Positions 11,531 to 23,204 of a stretch of 64,000 nucleotides of DNA are shown here, in pieces (the first letter of the stretch is position 1; every line of letters begins with the position of its first letter). A program made the position numbers and the translations under genes. The notes under the pieces are model-generated. The model did no database searches. It was not told where the DNA came from and saw only the letters and a list, made by a program, of their open reading frames with translations. The DNA is from Eukaryota sp. TZLM1-RC (taxonomy: Eukaryota; Protista; Metamonada: BaSk clade): assembly GCA_040285825.1 (NCBI GenBank), contig JAUPSS010000007.1:143156-207155 (forward strand). The letters run 5' to 3'.

Positions 11531-11894
11531 CCCCTTTCCTCATTAACTTTAGGATGAGTGAGTAACACTCAAACACTCCATATCCTTAGTGTCATGATTC
11601 TTGGAGGCAAAAAGGTAGACATCACGATATCTTTTCAAAACATCATTGTTGAACGTATGGAGATACACCGACATCAAGCACACTCGTCGGCTAAATTGAA
11701 GATCATTCAAAAATGAGATTATGGAATAATGCTTAAATTACAAGTAGAGTATCAATCCACACCATTAATGGACCAAGTTGCTAGAATAGAAAACTTAAAA
11801 AATAAAAAATAATTAAAATAATAGGAAAACAAAGAATTCAAAACCAAAGAATTCAAAAGACTTTACAAATCACTTGGCTTTGAGTTAGAAACCT

Positions 11895-12070
11895 ACAAAA
11901 ATCCAAAAGCATGTAGACTATACAGATACACGTAATCAGATCTTTCATGACCGTAATCAACTTCAAACAGTTAAAAACTAAATGATTGATGATTACTCAG
12001 TCGTTCATGTATTTATGATGGACCCTAAATAAAGAGAAATACTCTCAATATTTGGTAGAGACCCTGATAA
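11895..12070. repeat. Dispersed ~170-bp repeat, second copy at ~23840-24015
   Basis: The two copies share CATGTAGACTATACAGA.ACACGTAATCAGATCTTT...CTCTCAATATTTGGTAGAGAC. Confidence 0.85.
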
Positions 12071-13704
12071 ACATCTGCAAATATGTGACAATGACAAAAA
12101 CTAAGTCAATGATCAGTAAACGAAATCCTAAAATTATGTAAACTCATAACAATTGAAAGATGACAAGGAACTTAAACTTAAGAGGCTTGGGTTGGTAACA
12201 AAAACTGCTGGGTATAGACAATTCAGAATTAATTAAAGCAATAAAAACAACGCGAACAGCAAAGTTAACAAAAATAAATGTACAGTAATCAATCAAAAGA
12301 AACAAAACACAATTAATTAGGAAAAATCAAGAAACCTGAAAACCATACATATACTTATTTACCAAAGACCTCATTTAGATTAAAATAAATATAAAAATAA
12401 ACGACAGAAATATAATCTAAATAGGCAAATCTTAGGCAACAAAAATATTTTAAAAGAACAAGTAAAACAACTAGAATGGTAATGAAAATTTTTCCAAATT
12501 AAAGTAGCTATTTGTGGTGGTCTTAACAATAGTCTACTTTCACTATAAGTAATCATGACCAATTATAAAATAAATAACAAACTCAGTTAAATAATACTAG
12601 AGCAAAATAAAAAAAATAAAAAAAAATAAAAAAATTCAGTAACGGCAAAGCACTTGGGACTAAATGATTTCATATTGGTGCTCAAGTGATACTTATGAAC
12701 AATATGATTCGAATCAACAATAACTGAAAATTCGAGTCAAAATACCAATAAAGCATGTGAACCAAACAAATGGTGTCATGTAGGGGTTTGAATCTCGGGT
12801 GTGAGCTCAAAACCAACAGTCGAGCGTTCGATTCCCAGTGAAGGCGAAAAATAAAAATGATTTGATAAGCAAAAAAATGTAGAAAGTGAGTGCGAGAAGG
12901 GTGCGAAAGGAGTGCGAGAGGAGAGAAACTGTTAGACAAACAAGCAAGTCAAAGTGATAGGAATGTGACTCAAGTGGTAAAACATTGAATCGATCCACTA
13001 GAAGGAAATCTAGGTGGAAACAAGTGAGATTAGTAGTCAGTGCAGAGAAGTGAGAGAGAGCAAAGTCATCAAGAGAGAAGGAAAGAAAAACAATGCATCG
13101 AGTAATGTGAAGCATGTAACGTAGAGTAAAGTAAAGGATTGTATGAATGATGAAGGGTGGTTTGAACACTGTAGCAGTCAAAGTTAATACGGTACATGAT
13201 AATATATGTCTACATTGATGTTGACAACAGTGAAAACAAAAGTTTTTGAATTCCACATGTTCCTATGTTAACTCTTTGATCATCGATGATGATTGAACAG
13301 AATGAAACGTAGAGATTCGGTATCTGATAGTCATGTAGAAACTCTGAAGATGCCAGAAGACAGTAGTGTTTGAAAACCAAACGTGCCAGTGTCAAATGGT
13401 AAGTAGTTTTAAGAAAAAATATGCCATCAGGTCTTGAAGAGGTGTTTGTTAAAGCCAAGGAAGAAATAGAGCAGCAGGGGTGGAATGGATATATGGAGAA
13501 CTTATGTAAGAACACATCCGATCCGAAAATCAAGCGTTTTTCACTGATTTTATGGCGCTCTTGTTGTTGTTGTTGAACTTAAATTGAATTAGTAGGTTTC
13601 TTTGTATTTTGACTGATGACGTGATACTCGTTCATGAATCAGTTTTATTAATAAACTTAGATTTCTCTTTCTCCTTCGTGTGTTCATCTGCCTAACGGCA
13701 TCAC

Positions 13705-13880
13705 TCTCGAATTCAATTTGCCATTATTAATAGTTTACCTCGGTTTTTCAATCGAATTAGAGAAGCTTTAGCTAGACAGCAAGCAGATCAAGAATATGTA
13801 GAGAAAATCTTGGTTCAATGATTTTCGTCCCTTTAGTTATGAATTAATTTATTTAAGTGTACATGTTCATTAATTATTTA
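13705..13880 (+). mobile_element. Non-LTR family D 3' end
   Basis: SRIQFAIINSLPRFFNRIREALARQQADQEYVE* plus a 3' UTR shared with 26700, 31540, 33900, 38512 and 59100. Confidence 0.85.
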
Positions 13881-14319
13881 TAGATTTTTCAAACTGGATT
13901 AATTCCATTTCTCAACTGATTTCGGTATGATTTATTGATGATTAATGAAGATTTCACTTCAGCTAAATGCCCTCTTTGTTTTGACAAGGTTGACGCGTTT
14001 TTGAGAGCAATAAATTCGAAATTCTATAGGAGAGAAAAGATTCCACTTACCTAGCAATAGTCATGAATTCAGTAACAAAGGCTCAACAAAGCTGTTCAAT
14101 AGAAAAAAGCTAACACTCGTTAGTATGTTTGCAATTGCAGAAACCAAAACGAGTGCTAATGAAATGCCACAATGTCTTTGTAGTAGATAGTTTGAGTATT
14201 AACTTCACATGAAAATTGTGCTCATAAGAATTTCCTTTTTGAAAGGGCTTTGATTGAATCCTATTCCATCAATTTATCAAACAACTTCCAAACAAGACTC
14301 CCATCTTTAGTTATACATC

Positions 14320-15966
14320 ATGTCGTCTTTTCCAGTATCTCCTTGCCGTCTGATTTCTCTCTCTGAACTCTCCATTGACCGTGAAAATGCAGTGATTGGT
14401 CGAGGTGGTTTCTCTACTGTTCACGCCGCAAAGTGGTTCTCCCACGATGTCGCCGTCAAACTCATTGCTCTCACAGATGAAGGGGAGAGCAAACTCAAGA
14501 AGGAGATAGGCCTCCTCTCCCTCCTTAACCACCCTGGCATTATCCGCGTCTATGGAGTTACATACATAAACGGCAAGATGGGTATTGTCATGGATCGGGC
14601 CTCTTCTTCCCTCCACACACCCTCCCCTCTATCTCGCACGTCCCTCTCTCACGCCATTTCAATTACCTCCACTCTTTACTTCCTCCATTCCAATAACTTA
14701 ATCCATAGAGATTTAAAGCCACAGAACATTCTTATGGTTGGTGGTCGTCCTAGAATCTCTGACTTTGGAACTTCCAAAATTATCACCGATACCGCCACTC
14801 TCAACACCATTTATGCCATCACCCCTAAATATGCTGCATTGGAAGCTTTTGATAATAATTCAAGCAAGGAAAGCGATGTCTATTCCCTAGGGGTAATTCT
14901 ATATGAATTACTTACAAATAAAGTCGCTTTTGAGGGAATTAACTCTCAAGTAGCTTTATTAGGAGCCAAATATAATGGTACTAAGTTACCATTTGATGAA
15001 ACAACTCCTGTTTTATTACAAGAAATTATTAATAAATGTTTGGATAGTGATCCATCAAGAAGGCCTGGTATTAACCAAATTTTGGAGGTATTGAATGATT
15101 TGACAAGTGAAGTTGGAATTGATGAAAATTTGGTAATTGAAAATAATAATTTTAATAATAATGAATTAAATAATTTCAATTTAAGACAAGAAATTCAACA
15201 ATTAACTGAATTAAATCATAAAAAGGATGAAGAAATCGCGGTCCAACTTTTAAAAATTCAGGTTCTAAATGCTAGAATTGAGGATTTAAATTGCCAAATT
15301 CAAGATTTACAAGGTGAAGGTCAATTTAAAAACAAACTAATTCAATCATCATCATTAATTAGGGTTTGTTTATGGGCTTGGTCGGGTGTTGAAAATGATA
15401 TAACTGAAAAAATTCAAAAAGGATTTAGGCTAAATTGGCCTAACTGTGAGGTACAAATTACTTCTTCTAATGAACCAAATTTAAACAACATTGATAATTT
15501 TGATCTTGTTTTGTATAATTCTGCAGATTTAACAATTCATGCCACACTACTTCAACAAATAGTAGAAGCTGGCAAAGGTTTGGTATTGTTTAGTTGTAAT
15601 GGATGTCGGGTTAAGAGTGACTTTAAATATGGAGCATTCAAGGGTTTGAGTGGTCGGAGAGAGATTGGCTCTTTCATTGAACTTGGTAACTCTAACCAGA
15701 ATGATTTAATAATGAAATCAGTAAACTCTTTTTCTTGTAAGTATCGTGCAGAATACACTTCCATCAACCCTGAATTTCAAACAGTTGCTACCTTGAAAAA
15801 TGGAGATCCTTTGGTGTTGAAGAGTGAATATAACAAAAGTAGAGTGGTGGATTTTGCCTCAGATGGTCATAGTAATGATATTGGTTATAGTGGATGGAAA
15901 AGCTCCACAGATGGTCATTTATTGCTAGCAAATTCAATAGTTTGGGTTTCTGGAAGGAATGGCTAA
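14320..15966 (+). CDS. TKL-like Ser/Thr protein kinase + coiled coil + C-terminal alpha/beta (GATase/ThuA-like) domain
   Basis: GRGGFSTV, VAVK, HRDLKPQN, DFG, YAALE and DVYSLG motifs, then a heptad-rich segment. The C-terminus is homologous to that of 51120-53171. AATAAA overlaps the stop. Confidence 0.95.
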   Translation: MSSFPVSPCRLISLSELSIDRENAVIGRGGFSTVHAAKWFSHDVAVKLIALTDEGESKLKKEIGLLSLLNHPGIIRVYGVTYINGKMGIVMDRASSSLHTPSPLSRTSLSHAISITSTLYFLHSNNLIHRDLKPQNILMVGGRPRISDFGTSKIITDTATLNTIYAITPKYAALEAFDNNSSKESDVYSLGVILYELLTNKVAFEGINSQVALLGAKYNGTKLPFDETTPVLLQEIINKCLDSDPSRRPGINQILEVLNDLTSEVGIDENLVIENNNFNNNELNNFNLRQEIQQLTELNHKKDEEIAVQLLKIQVLNARIEDLNCQIQDLQGEGQFKNKLIQSSSLIRVCLWAWSGVENDITEKIQKGFRLNWPNCEVQITSSNEPNLNNIDNFDLVLYNSADLTIHATLLQQIVEAGKGLVLFSCNGCRVKSDFKYGAFKGLSGRREIGSFIELGNSNQNDLIMKSVNSFSCKYRAEYTSINPEFQTVATLKNGDPLVLKSEYNKSRVVDFASDGHSNDIGYSGWKSSTDGHLLLANSIVWVSGRNG

Positions 15967-16097
15967 TAAACTTACCTTTTGCTTTTGCTTTAGGTTTAAT
16001 TTAAATGTTTTCGTCTTTTTGGTGTATTTTGCTTCTAATCAATTAAATTGACAGCTCAACCTACAACAATCAGTGAAATACTCTGAAAAGACCTTAC

Positions 16098-16136
16098 AAA
16101 CAGTGCTATGAAACAGTGCTATGAAACAGTGCTATG
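16098..16136 (+). repeat. 13-bp tandem repeat x3
   Basis: (AAACAGTGCTATG)3. Confidence 0.9.
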
Positions 16137-16189
16137 ACATTATTGTTTATATAATTGAGTTGATTTATCAAATACCGAATAAAAAATCA

Positions 16190-16760
16190 TCAAATACACA
16201 ACTAAAGCTCCACATCCTCAAAACCTGCCTTTCCTACATCAAAACAATTTATTTTCAAAGATTCAGAAAATTTTCCAAAAGAAGACAGTGAATCAGAAAT
16301 CAGTTTTACCATTTCCTTAATGATAGAAATTACAATCCTGTTTTGCCAGTAAACACGATGGAAAATTCTTCCAGTTCTTTCCTTCACAACAACAACAAAA
16401 TCCTCAAGGAAAGCCATTGCAGCCTTACCTAAAGAACTGAACAAGGAAAAACAAAGAGACAGAAACAATATTGGACATGAGAATTTTCATTTACAGAAAC
16501 AATAGGTTACGTATTTAGCGTTTTTGTATCTTTTGTCAGCAAGAAGAGAATTATTTACATCTGAATTTATGAAAGTTTCGTAAGAAGAATTAGAAGGGTC
16601 AATGGACATGGCGTCTAAAATAGTAGAACTACCATTTAAACCGGGAACAACTAGATCACCTCTTGTCAGACCCATAGAAGCTCTGTTGTAACGCGTACTA
16701 TCAATATTGGGATCATCAAGAATTAATTTTGATAGCAAAAGCTCTGAAAAGAATCTACTC
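16190..16760 (-). mobile_element. Non-LTR family C 3' remnant (RLE)
   Basis: RGDLVVPGLNGSSTILDAMSIDP...KRYKNAKY...FSLFSSLG...FHRVYWQNRIV. A homologous copy is at 48240-48690. Confidence 0.8.
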
Positions 16761-16809
16761 TATATGATTTGCACATTACATAACTTTGGTTTCTGACATT
16801 GACATGGAC

Positions 16810-18511
16810 TTTGTTTAGTTCAAAAAATGAGTAAGCAAAAGAAGTTTACCACATCAACTTGTTGAATGATTAGCAAAATTGTTTGGCCATAGAAAACAAC
16901 GAAAACACATGTTTAAAAGCAAAGTTGCGAACCATCTTACGAACTCCGGAGGTGTCAAAGGTTGTTCTTCTCCCCCACCAGACCTGGTTTCTAGTATATC
17001 TACTTCTAAAGCCAAAAAACTGGAAAATAACATCAGACAGCTCGAAACTGAGGCTCTACACCTACTTACTTCTCCTCCATCTACACCTCTTCCTTTGTTT
17101 TCTCTCGAATCCCTTGAAGGTAAACGCCGTAGTACTGACATTTCCTCACAGTGTCACGATCAACTTTCGACAAATGGCAATGATGTTGAAGTTCTTGGGG
17201 TACTGGAACCAGCTAAGAAAATCCGTCGACAATTGAGTTTGAAAGAAAGCTTTAGTCCAAGTTACAAGAAAGAAGCTGACCTGGCGATACTTAAGTTCTT
17301 TCTCAAATTTAAAGTGCCTTTCTATGCAGCATCTTCAAATGAATACAAGACTATGGTTCAAGCAATCAATGTTGTGGAAAAAGATTATAAACCCCCTTCC
17401 ACCAAAAGACTTTCTGGATCAATGATAGATGAGTATCATTCATCAATTATAGACAATTTATCGGTAATTGTTGATATGTTCGATCATACAGGAGTTAGCC
17501 TTGTTTCTGATGGATGGAGCGATCGTCAATCACGTCCTTTGATAAACCTACTTGCAGTAACTCCTACTGGTTCTATGTTTTTAACAGCCTTCGACACATC
17601 CGGAGGTGAAAACAATTCTGAATTTATTGCTGAAATAATTTCCAAATATTTGCAACATCAAAATGACAAAATCTCTATCAAAGTTGACTCAGTTATTCAA
17701 ATTGTCACGGACAACGCCCCAAGTTGTGTTGCAGCAGGAAAGATACTAGAAAAATCCATTCCATTGTTCTTTACCGGATGTGCTGCACACTCAATTGATT
17801 GAATCCTGTTTGCGTTTTCCAAACTGGATTTCATTAAAGCAATTATAACCGATTCAGTTAGAAACGGTCATTTTGTTATGAACCATCAAATTGTGAAGCA
17901 CATACTGTTGAAAAAGGCCAATCTTCTTCTTGTCAAGCCCGGAGAAACAAGATTCGCTACGAATTACTTGGTTTTAGAGCGTCTTTTGCACTTAAAAAGC
18001 CAAATGAAGGAAACTGTCATCGATAGAAGATTCGATAAATGGATCACAAAACAGAAACCAAAAACGAAACAAAAGGCTGCAGCTGTTACCAACATAATAC
18101 TGAATGATGACTACGGTTACTGGGAACAGATGAATCAAATTGTAGAGCTTTTTCAACCAATTTATGGTGTCTTGCGGTTAGTAGACTCCGACCGTCCCGT
18201 ACTGTCAAAGGTTTATCCTGAAATGCAAAAACTAGAAAAATTGGTAAATGGTTTGGCTGAAACCCATAGTTTGTGGACTAGGGACAGAGTTCAATCACTG
18301 ACGAATCTTCTCCAACTTCGATTCTCAAAAATGTTTAATGACTTACACTATGTTGGTTATATGTAATATATGTTATTGGTTATATGTAATTTCTTTTACT
18401 GTTAAATAGAACAACGCACCCTGCACCCGCACCACACCACTTTCTTCACGCACTGAGGGTACGGGGTGCGCACCCAGCACGAACCCGTGCACCCCGCACC
18501 GCCGAACACTG
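16810..18511 (+). mobile_element. hAT transposon (DUF659-type transposase pseudogene) with preserved right terminus
   Basis: Motifs SLVSDGWSD, QIVTDNA, TGCAAHSID, KPGETRFATNY and LRLVDSD. GC-rich GCACC subterminal repeats at 18415-18505 end in ...GAACACTG (CAGTGTT- TIR) at 18511. Confidence 0.9.
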
Positions 18512-18549
18512 TTAAAAACACTGCCTCCCAGGATTCAATATAGAGGGTT

Positions 18550-19815
18550 TCAAAAAGTGAATATCTTCAACAACCAAAAGGGCGACTTCGGATGTCTAGT
18601 CTGTGGCAATATCAAGAACTCTAATTTTTGTACACGTTGAAAAGATAGCCATATCTTCTCATGTTCCAAAATTTAGGACACCATTAACCTCGAAGAGATT
18701 TTGCGGTATTACTTCTCTAAGAAACAGAAGCAATGAAAAAGGGAGAAGAAATTGAAAGAATTGTCAACCTCACTGATACGATTGTATTGGAAAAGTAAAA
18801 CCAACCGAAATCAGGTCATTATGAGTTCAAATTATCCCTATAAATAATACTGAGGACGAATAAACTCAGTTTGGGACAACCTGAAATTTATTCTAGCTGC
18901 TGTTGGGCCATGAATTTCATTGTTGCGTATTTGTGATGATCAGGCTGTTGTTTTTTCTTTCTTTGGGCAAATGGTGTCACCAGACCAAGTATGAAGCAAT
19001 CAATGGATTAGAGAGCAAAATCCATTAATGCAGAGTTACGCACACCACACTTTACGAAAAACGAGGTCAAAGCAAAAATTGATGAGATGGAAAAAATGGC
19101 CACAGCTTGTCTCGACTACCTTTCGTCTCCATGTGTCATTTTTGCTAGAATTCTAAATCCCCCACTCCATAATTATGATCAGCGCGTCTTTCAAGACACA
19201 GTCCTCCTTCAAATGTTACGTTCTTATTTTAATGAAATTTTCCCGGGGTATTCTCTAGAGCTTAACTCTGAGCTGTCTTCTGTTATTGAGTCTGGGTAAT
19301 CTTTTTTAAATACCAATGACCTTTCTCCTCATACCTAGTAAAACTCTCATGCCCAAGCTTCTTACCCTATACTTTCACAACTCGCTTCTCGAATCAACAG
19401 AAATACTGCCTCTGCATCATCTGCTGAGCACAATTGGTCCACCTTTGATCAGAAACTACCAAAAAGACGAAGTAGGCCCTCATCAACTTTATCAAACGAC
19501 TCTGTAACCGTTACTATCAACTTTCCTCTTCTGCAACAAGAACCACGGAGGATTACGATGAACAGACTTGTAGTCATTCTAACTAGATCAACGCAGGAAA
19601 TTATGTTCAACGAAGAACAGATCTTTTCTCTTTTAATTATTGATGACGAAGTGATTCGTCTTGATGAATTGGTTTTGGCATTAATTCCAAATGATGAAGT
19701 TGTAGAAGGTGAAGTTCTAGTTGAAGATAAAATAGACGACCGTAAAGAGCTGAAAGATCAGTGGATCTATTCTGTGGGAAGTCTGATTTGATGATCCCTA
19801 CTCGAAGGACATCTA
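18550..19815 (+). pseudogene. Second hAT-like transposase remnant
   Basis: A CLVCG..H..C BED-like motif lies near 18590, and ILSQLASRINRNTASASSAEHNWSTF (hATC) near 19370-19445. Confidence 0.6.
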
Positions 19816-20369
19816 GGACTTAATTGTTTTGTTATTATAAAGAAATGTTACTGATAATTTTTTTTATTTAATGGTCAATCTACAACTTACTCGTTAAAAT
19901 GCTCAAATGTGGCGCTATTGTGATGTGATTGTTGGGATTCGCCACTTTGTTTGGAAGTCATTCATTGTTCATGCAAATTCGACATATTTGTCATTTTACA
20001 TTATGTTTATGTTATGTTGAGTTTAAAAAAAGTAATGTTTGAAGCATAGCAAAGAGAGATTTATTAGTGTTGAATTATCTGTGTTTGAAAATTGAAATAA
20101 TCCAATAATAAATCATAAATTTTGCTACCACCCTGCGTCAAAGTTCCTTCCTCTCCATCATGATTGTTGAACACCTCCCTTATCACGGTCCAGGCCCTCC
20201 TATTGCTTTCTTACCCATTATATCATACTGCTCTACGTTGTCTCCTTCATTGTTGACTCCACTGAAAGTTTTGCCACTAAAAACGTCATCCTTTGAAACA
20301 TCCTTTTGGAGACAAATTGGTTCAATTCTCACAAACATCTTGTTTCTTGTTCAATTTGACTTGACTATC

Positions 20370-20630
20370 AGCAGATGTTGACATTTCTCTTCTCGTGAAA
20401 AGCTTGCTGTCGCCTTTAAAACGCTCTTGGAGCATCACAAACGGCCGCTTAGTTTCAAAACCCCATTTTTGTGGTACAGATCTTGGTGGTGTTGATTTTT
20501 ATAAATCAAGCTACCTTTGTAAAGCTGCATTTATTGCAGGTGTTGAAAATTTGATCTTGAATTTGTGAATCGTTTTCCAGAAAAAATTGATTTCATTAAA
20601 AACTGTGGCAGTTCTTATCTAAGTTCTATG
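20370..20630 (+). mobile_element. Non-LTR RT-thumb remnant
   Basis: DLGGV..KSSYLCKAAFIAG...EFVNRFP resembles family A NLGGIGFTKSSILCQSAFL.G...EFSRRFP at 47445-47545. Confidence 0.55.
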
Positions 20631-20703
20631 TAAGAAAAGACCACTGCCATGAGAATGAGATGTTTCTTATGGTCATGTTCGGTACCAAATGATTGAAAAA
20701 TCA

Positions 20704-21260
20704 TGTCCGTACTCTGTGCAATTTGGTGGCCTTGGCTAGCTTTATTGTAATATTAGTTTAGATTAGTTTATAAAGTTCTAGTTTATTCTAATTTTATATT
20801 CAATTGCGCTCTAGAGCTTAAGTCGAAGGAAGCCCTTTGGCATTCGTACACCTGTTTACAACTAGGTATGCTATGTCTAACCCCCGCAGATCATCAATAC
20901 GTATTGGATCCACTTCGGTGTACTCAAAAGACGCTTCCGAGCCTGGTAGCACTGATCCTCCTCCAGCTCAACACTTGAGTTCTTCCTCGCAAACTCCTCA
21001 GTTGGGAACAGAACTATTCTCTACTGGTGAGGGAAGTGTAAATTCTCCTCATGCACAGAGTCAAGCCAACCAATATTTGAAGATCAAAACCAAATGATCA
21101 ATGCAGGAGTTGAACTTATGGAAGACAGTCCATCTTCCATCCCAGCCAACGAACTAATTGCTGACCTTTCCCCTTTTGAGACCCACCAAGTCACCCATGA
21201 TTACGACGAAAGGATTGGAAGAAGGATTGGACCTTATCTTCCCATTGAAGAGTAATTATA
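20704..21260 (+). mobile_element. Probable LTR (20704-20850) plus gag-like start of a second LTR family
   Basis: A TGT...TACA-bounded segment with TATAAA is followed by a Pro/Ser-rich ORF (MSNPRRSS...) and a DLSPFE motif shared with the 6920 ORF. Confidence 0.4.
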
Positions 21261-21557
21261 ATGAATGATTTCGTGCGATGCAACCCGCAACCATCCTATC
21301 CCGAACGCAATATTTTGGGTTATTTTAGGACTAGTAGCTACTGAGGTCAATACTTCCCAATTCTGATGTAGAATCGACCAAAAATATTGTGTCTATTCAG
21401 AAAAAACCAAAACTATGGTAGATGGTAATGAAAAGTGTGGTGGGTGCTCGTTTTTTGATAACGTTTCATTTCGAGAGCGGCGTTTGGGTGAAGTTTTGTC
21501 TTTTCTTACAAACTGAAGCTAAAGCAATAGAAGTTTCGTACAATTATTCTGTTTACT

Positions 21558-21845
21558 TGTTGGCGCCCTAAGGCTTATATCATATGATCAGAAAATAAAT
21601 CAGACCTTCTTCAACCACATAAGACTTTAGGCAACAATAATTATTGGCCATTTTAAAGTCAAGCTATACCATTAATAACTTCAGCATTCACACAGCAACA
21701 GCCAATTAGATATCCTTTAGTATGTCAGACATCTTTCAGAAAAACTCTGACTCCACCCATTCACCCAACATGTAACACCAGGATACACAACAACCACATA
21801 CAAAATGAAGGTTGACGAGGAAACGGACCCGCATCCACCTCCCCT
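21558..21845 (+). mobile_element. Short LTR (21558-21636, 79 bp) plus leader and truncated gag start
   Basis: TGTTGGCGCCC...AGGCAACA, then ATAATTATTGGCCATTTTAAAGTCAA identical to 6830 onward, then ATGTCAGACATCTTTCAG. Confidence 0.8.
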
Positions 21846-21854
21846 AAAATAAAT

Positions 21855-22220
21855 AATTAAAATTGCTTTTGATGTCACCATAGTTGGAGGATATGGTAAT
21901 AATTGGACTGATGCTTTTTCGAAAGCTTATTCTGATAAGATTGCAAAGTATTCAATTTTAAAAGAATTAAATTTAATTAACCAAATTGTTCCTCTCGTTT
22001 TTAGTGTTCATGGGGGTTTTTACACTAAAACAAAAATACTATTTGACCAATTTGGATGGAATGAGGTAGCAGATGAAATTAGTTGTATAATTTTGAAGAA
22101 TAGCTTTAAATGTCACAGTGCTTTTAATTATATACTTCAAAAGAAAAGAGAAGATCGTCAATGTTGGTAGGTAGTTGTTTTTTAGTATTCAAGTAGTTTC
22201 TTCTTAATTTTCAATAAAAG
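21855..22220 (+). mobile_element. Non-LTR family F 3' remnant (RLE)
   Basis: KIAFDVTIVGG...DKIAKYS...IVPLVFSVHGG, then a stop and AATAAA at ~22213. Confidence 0.75.
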
Positions 22221-22229
22221 TCGTTCAGG

Positions 22230-22880
22230 AAAGAAGAAACTTTATATGTATTTCAGTATTCGAAGAGCCGTGAATACTGTAAGGAAGGAAACATAATCCT
22301 TGTTTTCGGATAGCAAGAACCTAATGGAAATGGAATTTTAAGTGACTATGTGGATGCTAAAATAGAACTAGGATGGAAAGAGGCTTCAAGACAACATGTT
22401 CGTGCTTACTTATAATTTGGAGCCAGAGCAAAGAGTTTAGGTTAATTACTAATTGAAACAACCTTATGAAAAGCCTACTGTGAAATCGTATAGGGGAGAA
22501 ACTGGTACAGGAAAAACTAGAGCTGCCTATGAACATGAACGTCCTTGTGTGCTGTCTAAACCTGCTCAAAAATTACGGTTTGACAGCTATGATCCATTGG
22601 AAAACAGTACTGTTATTCTGGATCACTTCCGTAAGGATTGGTGTTCCTTACATTTCTTATTGCAGCTATTGAACAGATATCCCATTTCTGTACCAATTAA
22701 GGGTGGTATGGTAGCTTGGAGACCAAAGACTATGCTAATCACGTGTCCTTGGCGATTTGATGATGGAAAGATGGATGGAAAGAATGAAAATACTTGGACT
22801 GATGAAGGTGATGTTGATGCTCATGAATGTATTCAACAATTAGAAAGACGAATCGATGAAGTCCGTTACTTTGATCCACT
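22230..22880 (+). pseudogene. rep: Endogenous CRESS-DNA virus Rep (HUH motif III + SF3 helicase)
   Basis: EYCKEGN at 22272, Walker A GETGTGKT, Walker B-like VILDHF, LLQLLNRYPISVPIKGG, PKTMLIT and Arg finger QLERRI. Stops and a frameshift lie upstream of 22453. Confidence 0.88.
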
Positions 22881-23204
22881 CAGGATCAGCATGCTCAGGA
22901 TGCTGCTAACATTGCAACTGTTTGTTCATCCCATTCTTTCTCTCACATTAGCAGCCTATTTGCCCTCCCTCGCCTTCTCGTCCCGGAGTATCTCCTGTTG
23001 CAGATTGGTCTGATGCCGAAGTTGCTCTCTCCGAATTCTGTTCGTCCCAGTCTCTAGGTGAACAAACCGGTGGTGTTTCTCTGTGCTCTGAACACAACAG
23101 AGACAGATAACCAGCAGCGCTTAAACCATCTCCTTAAGCACAAGGACGATGAGTATCTTGATTTAAATGACCCTAACCAACCTACTGAAACTATATAGCG
23201 TGAT

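Noticed and set aside
14311-14616. Antisense and overlapping short ORFs within host genes (e.g. 14311-14616, 27225-27671, 52891-53202)
   Set aside because: They are shadow frames of real CDSs and carry no motifs.
16098-16136. CRISPR-like array
   Set aside because: Three abutting 13-bp units with no spacers and no cas genes, in a eukaryotic context.
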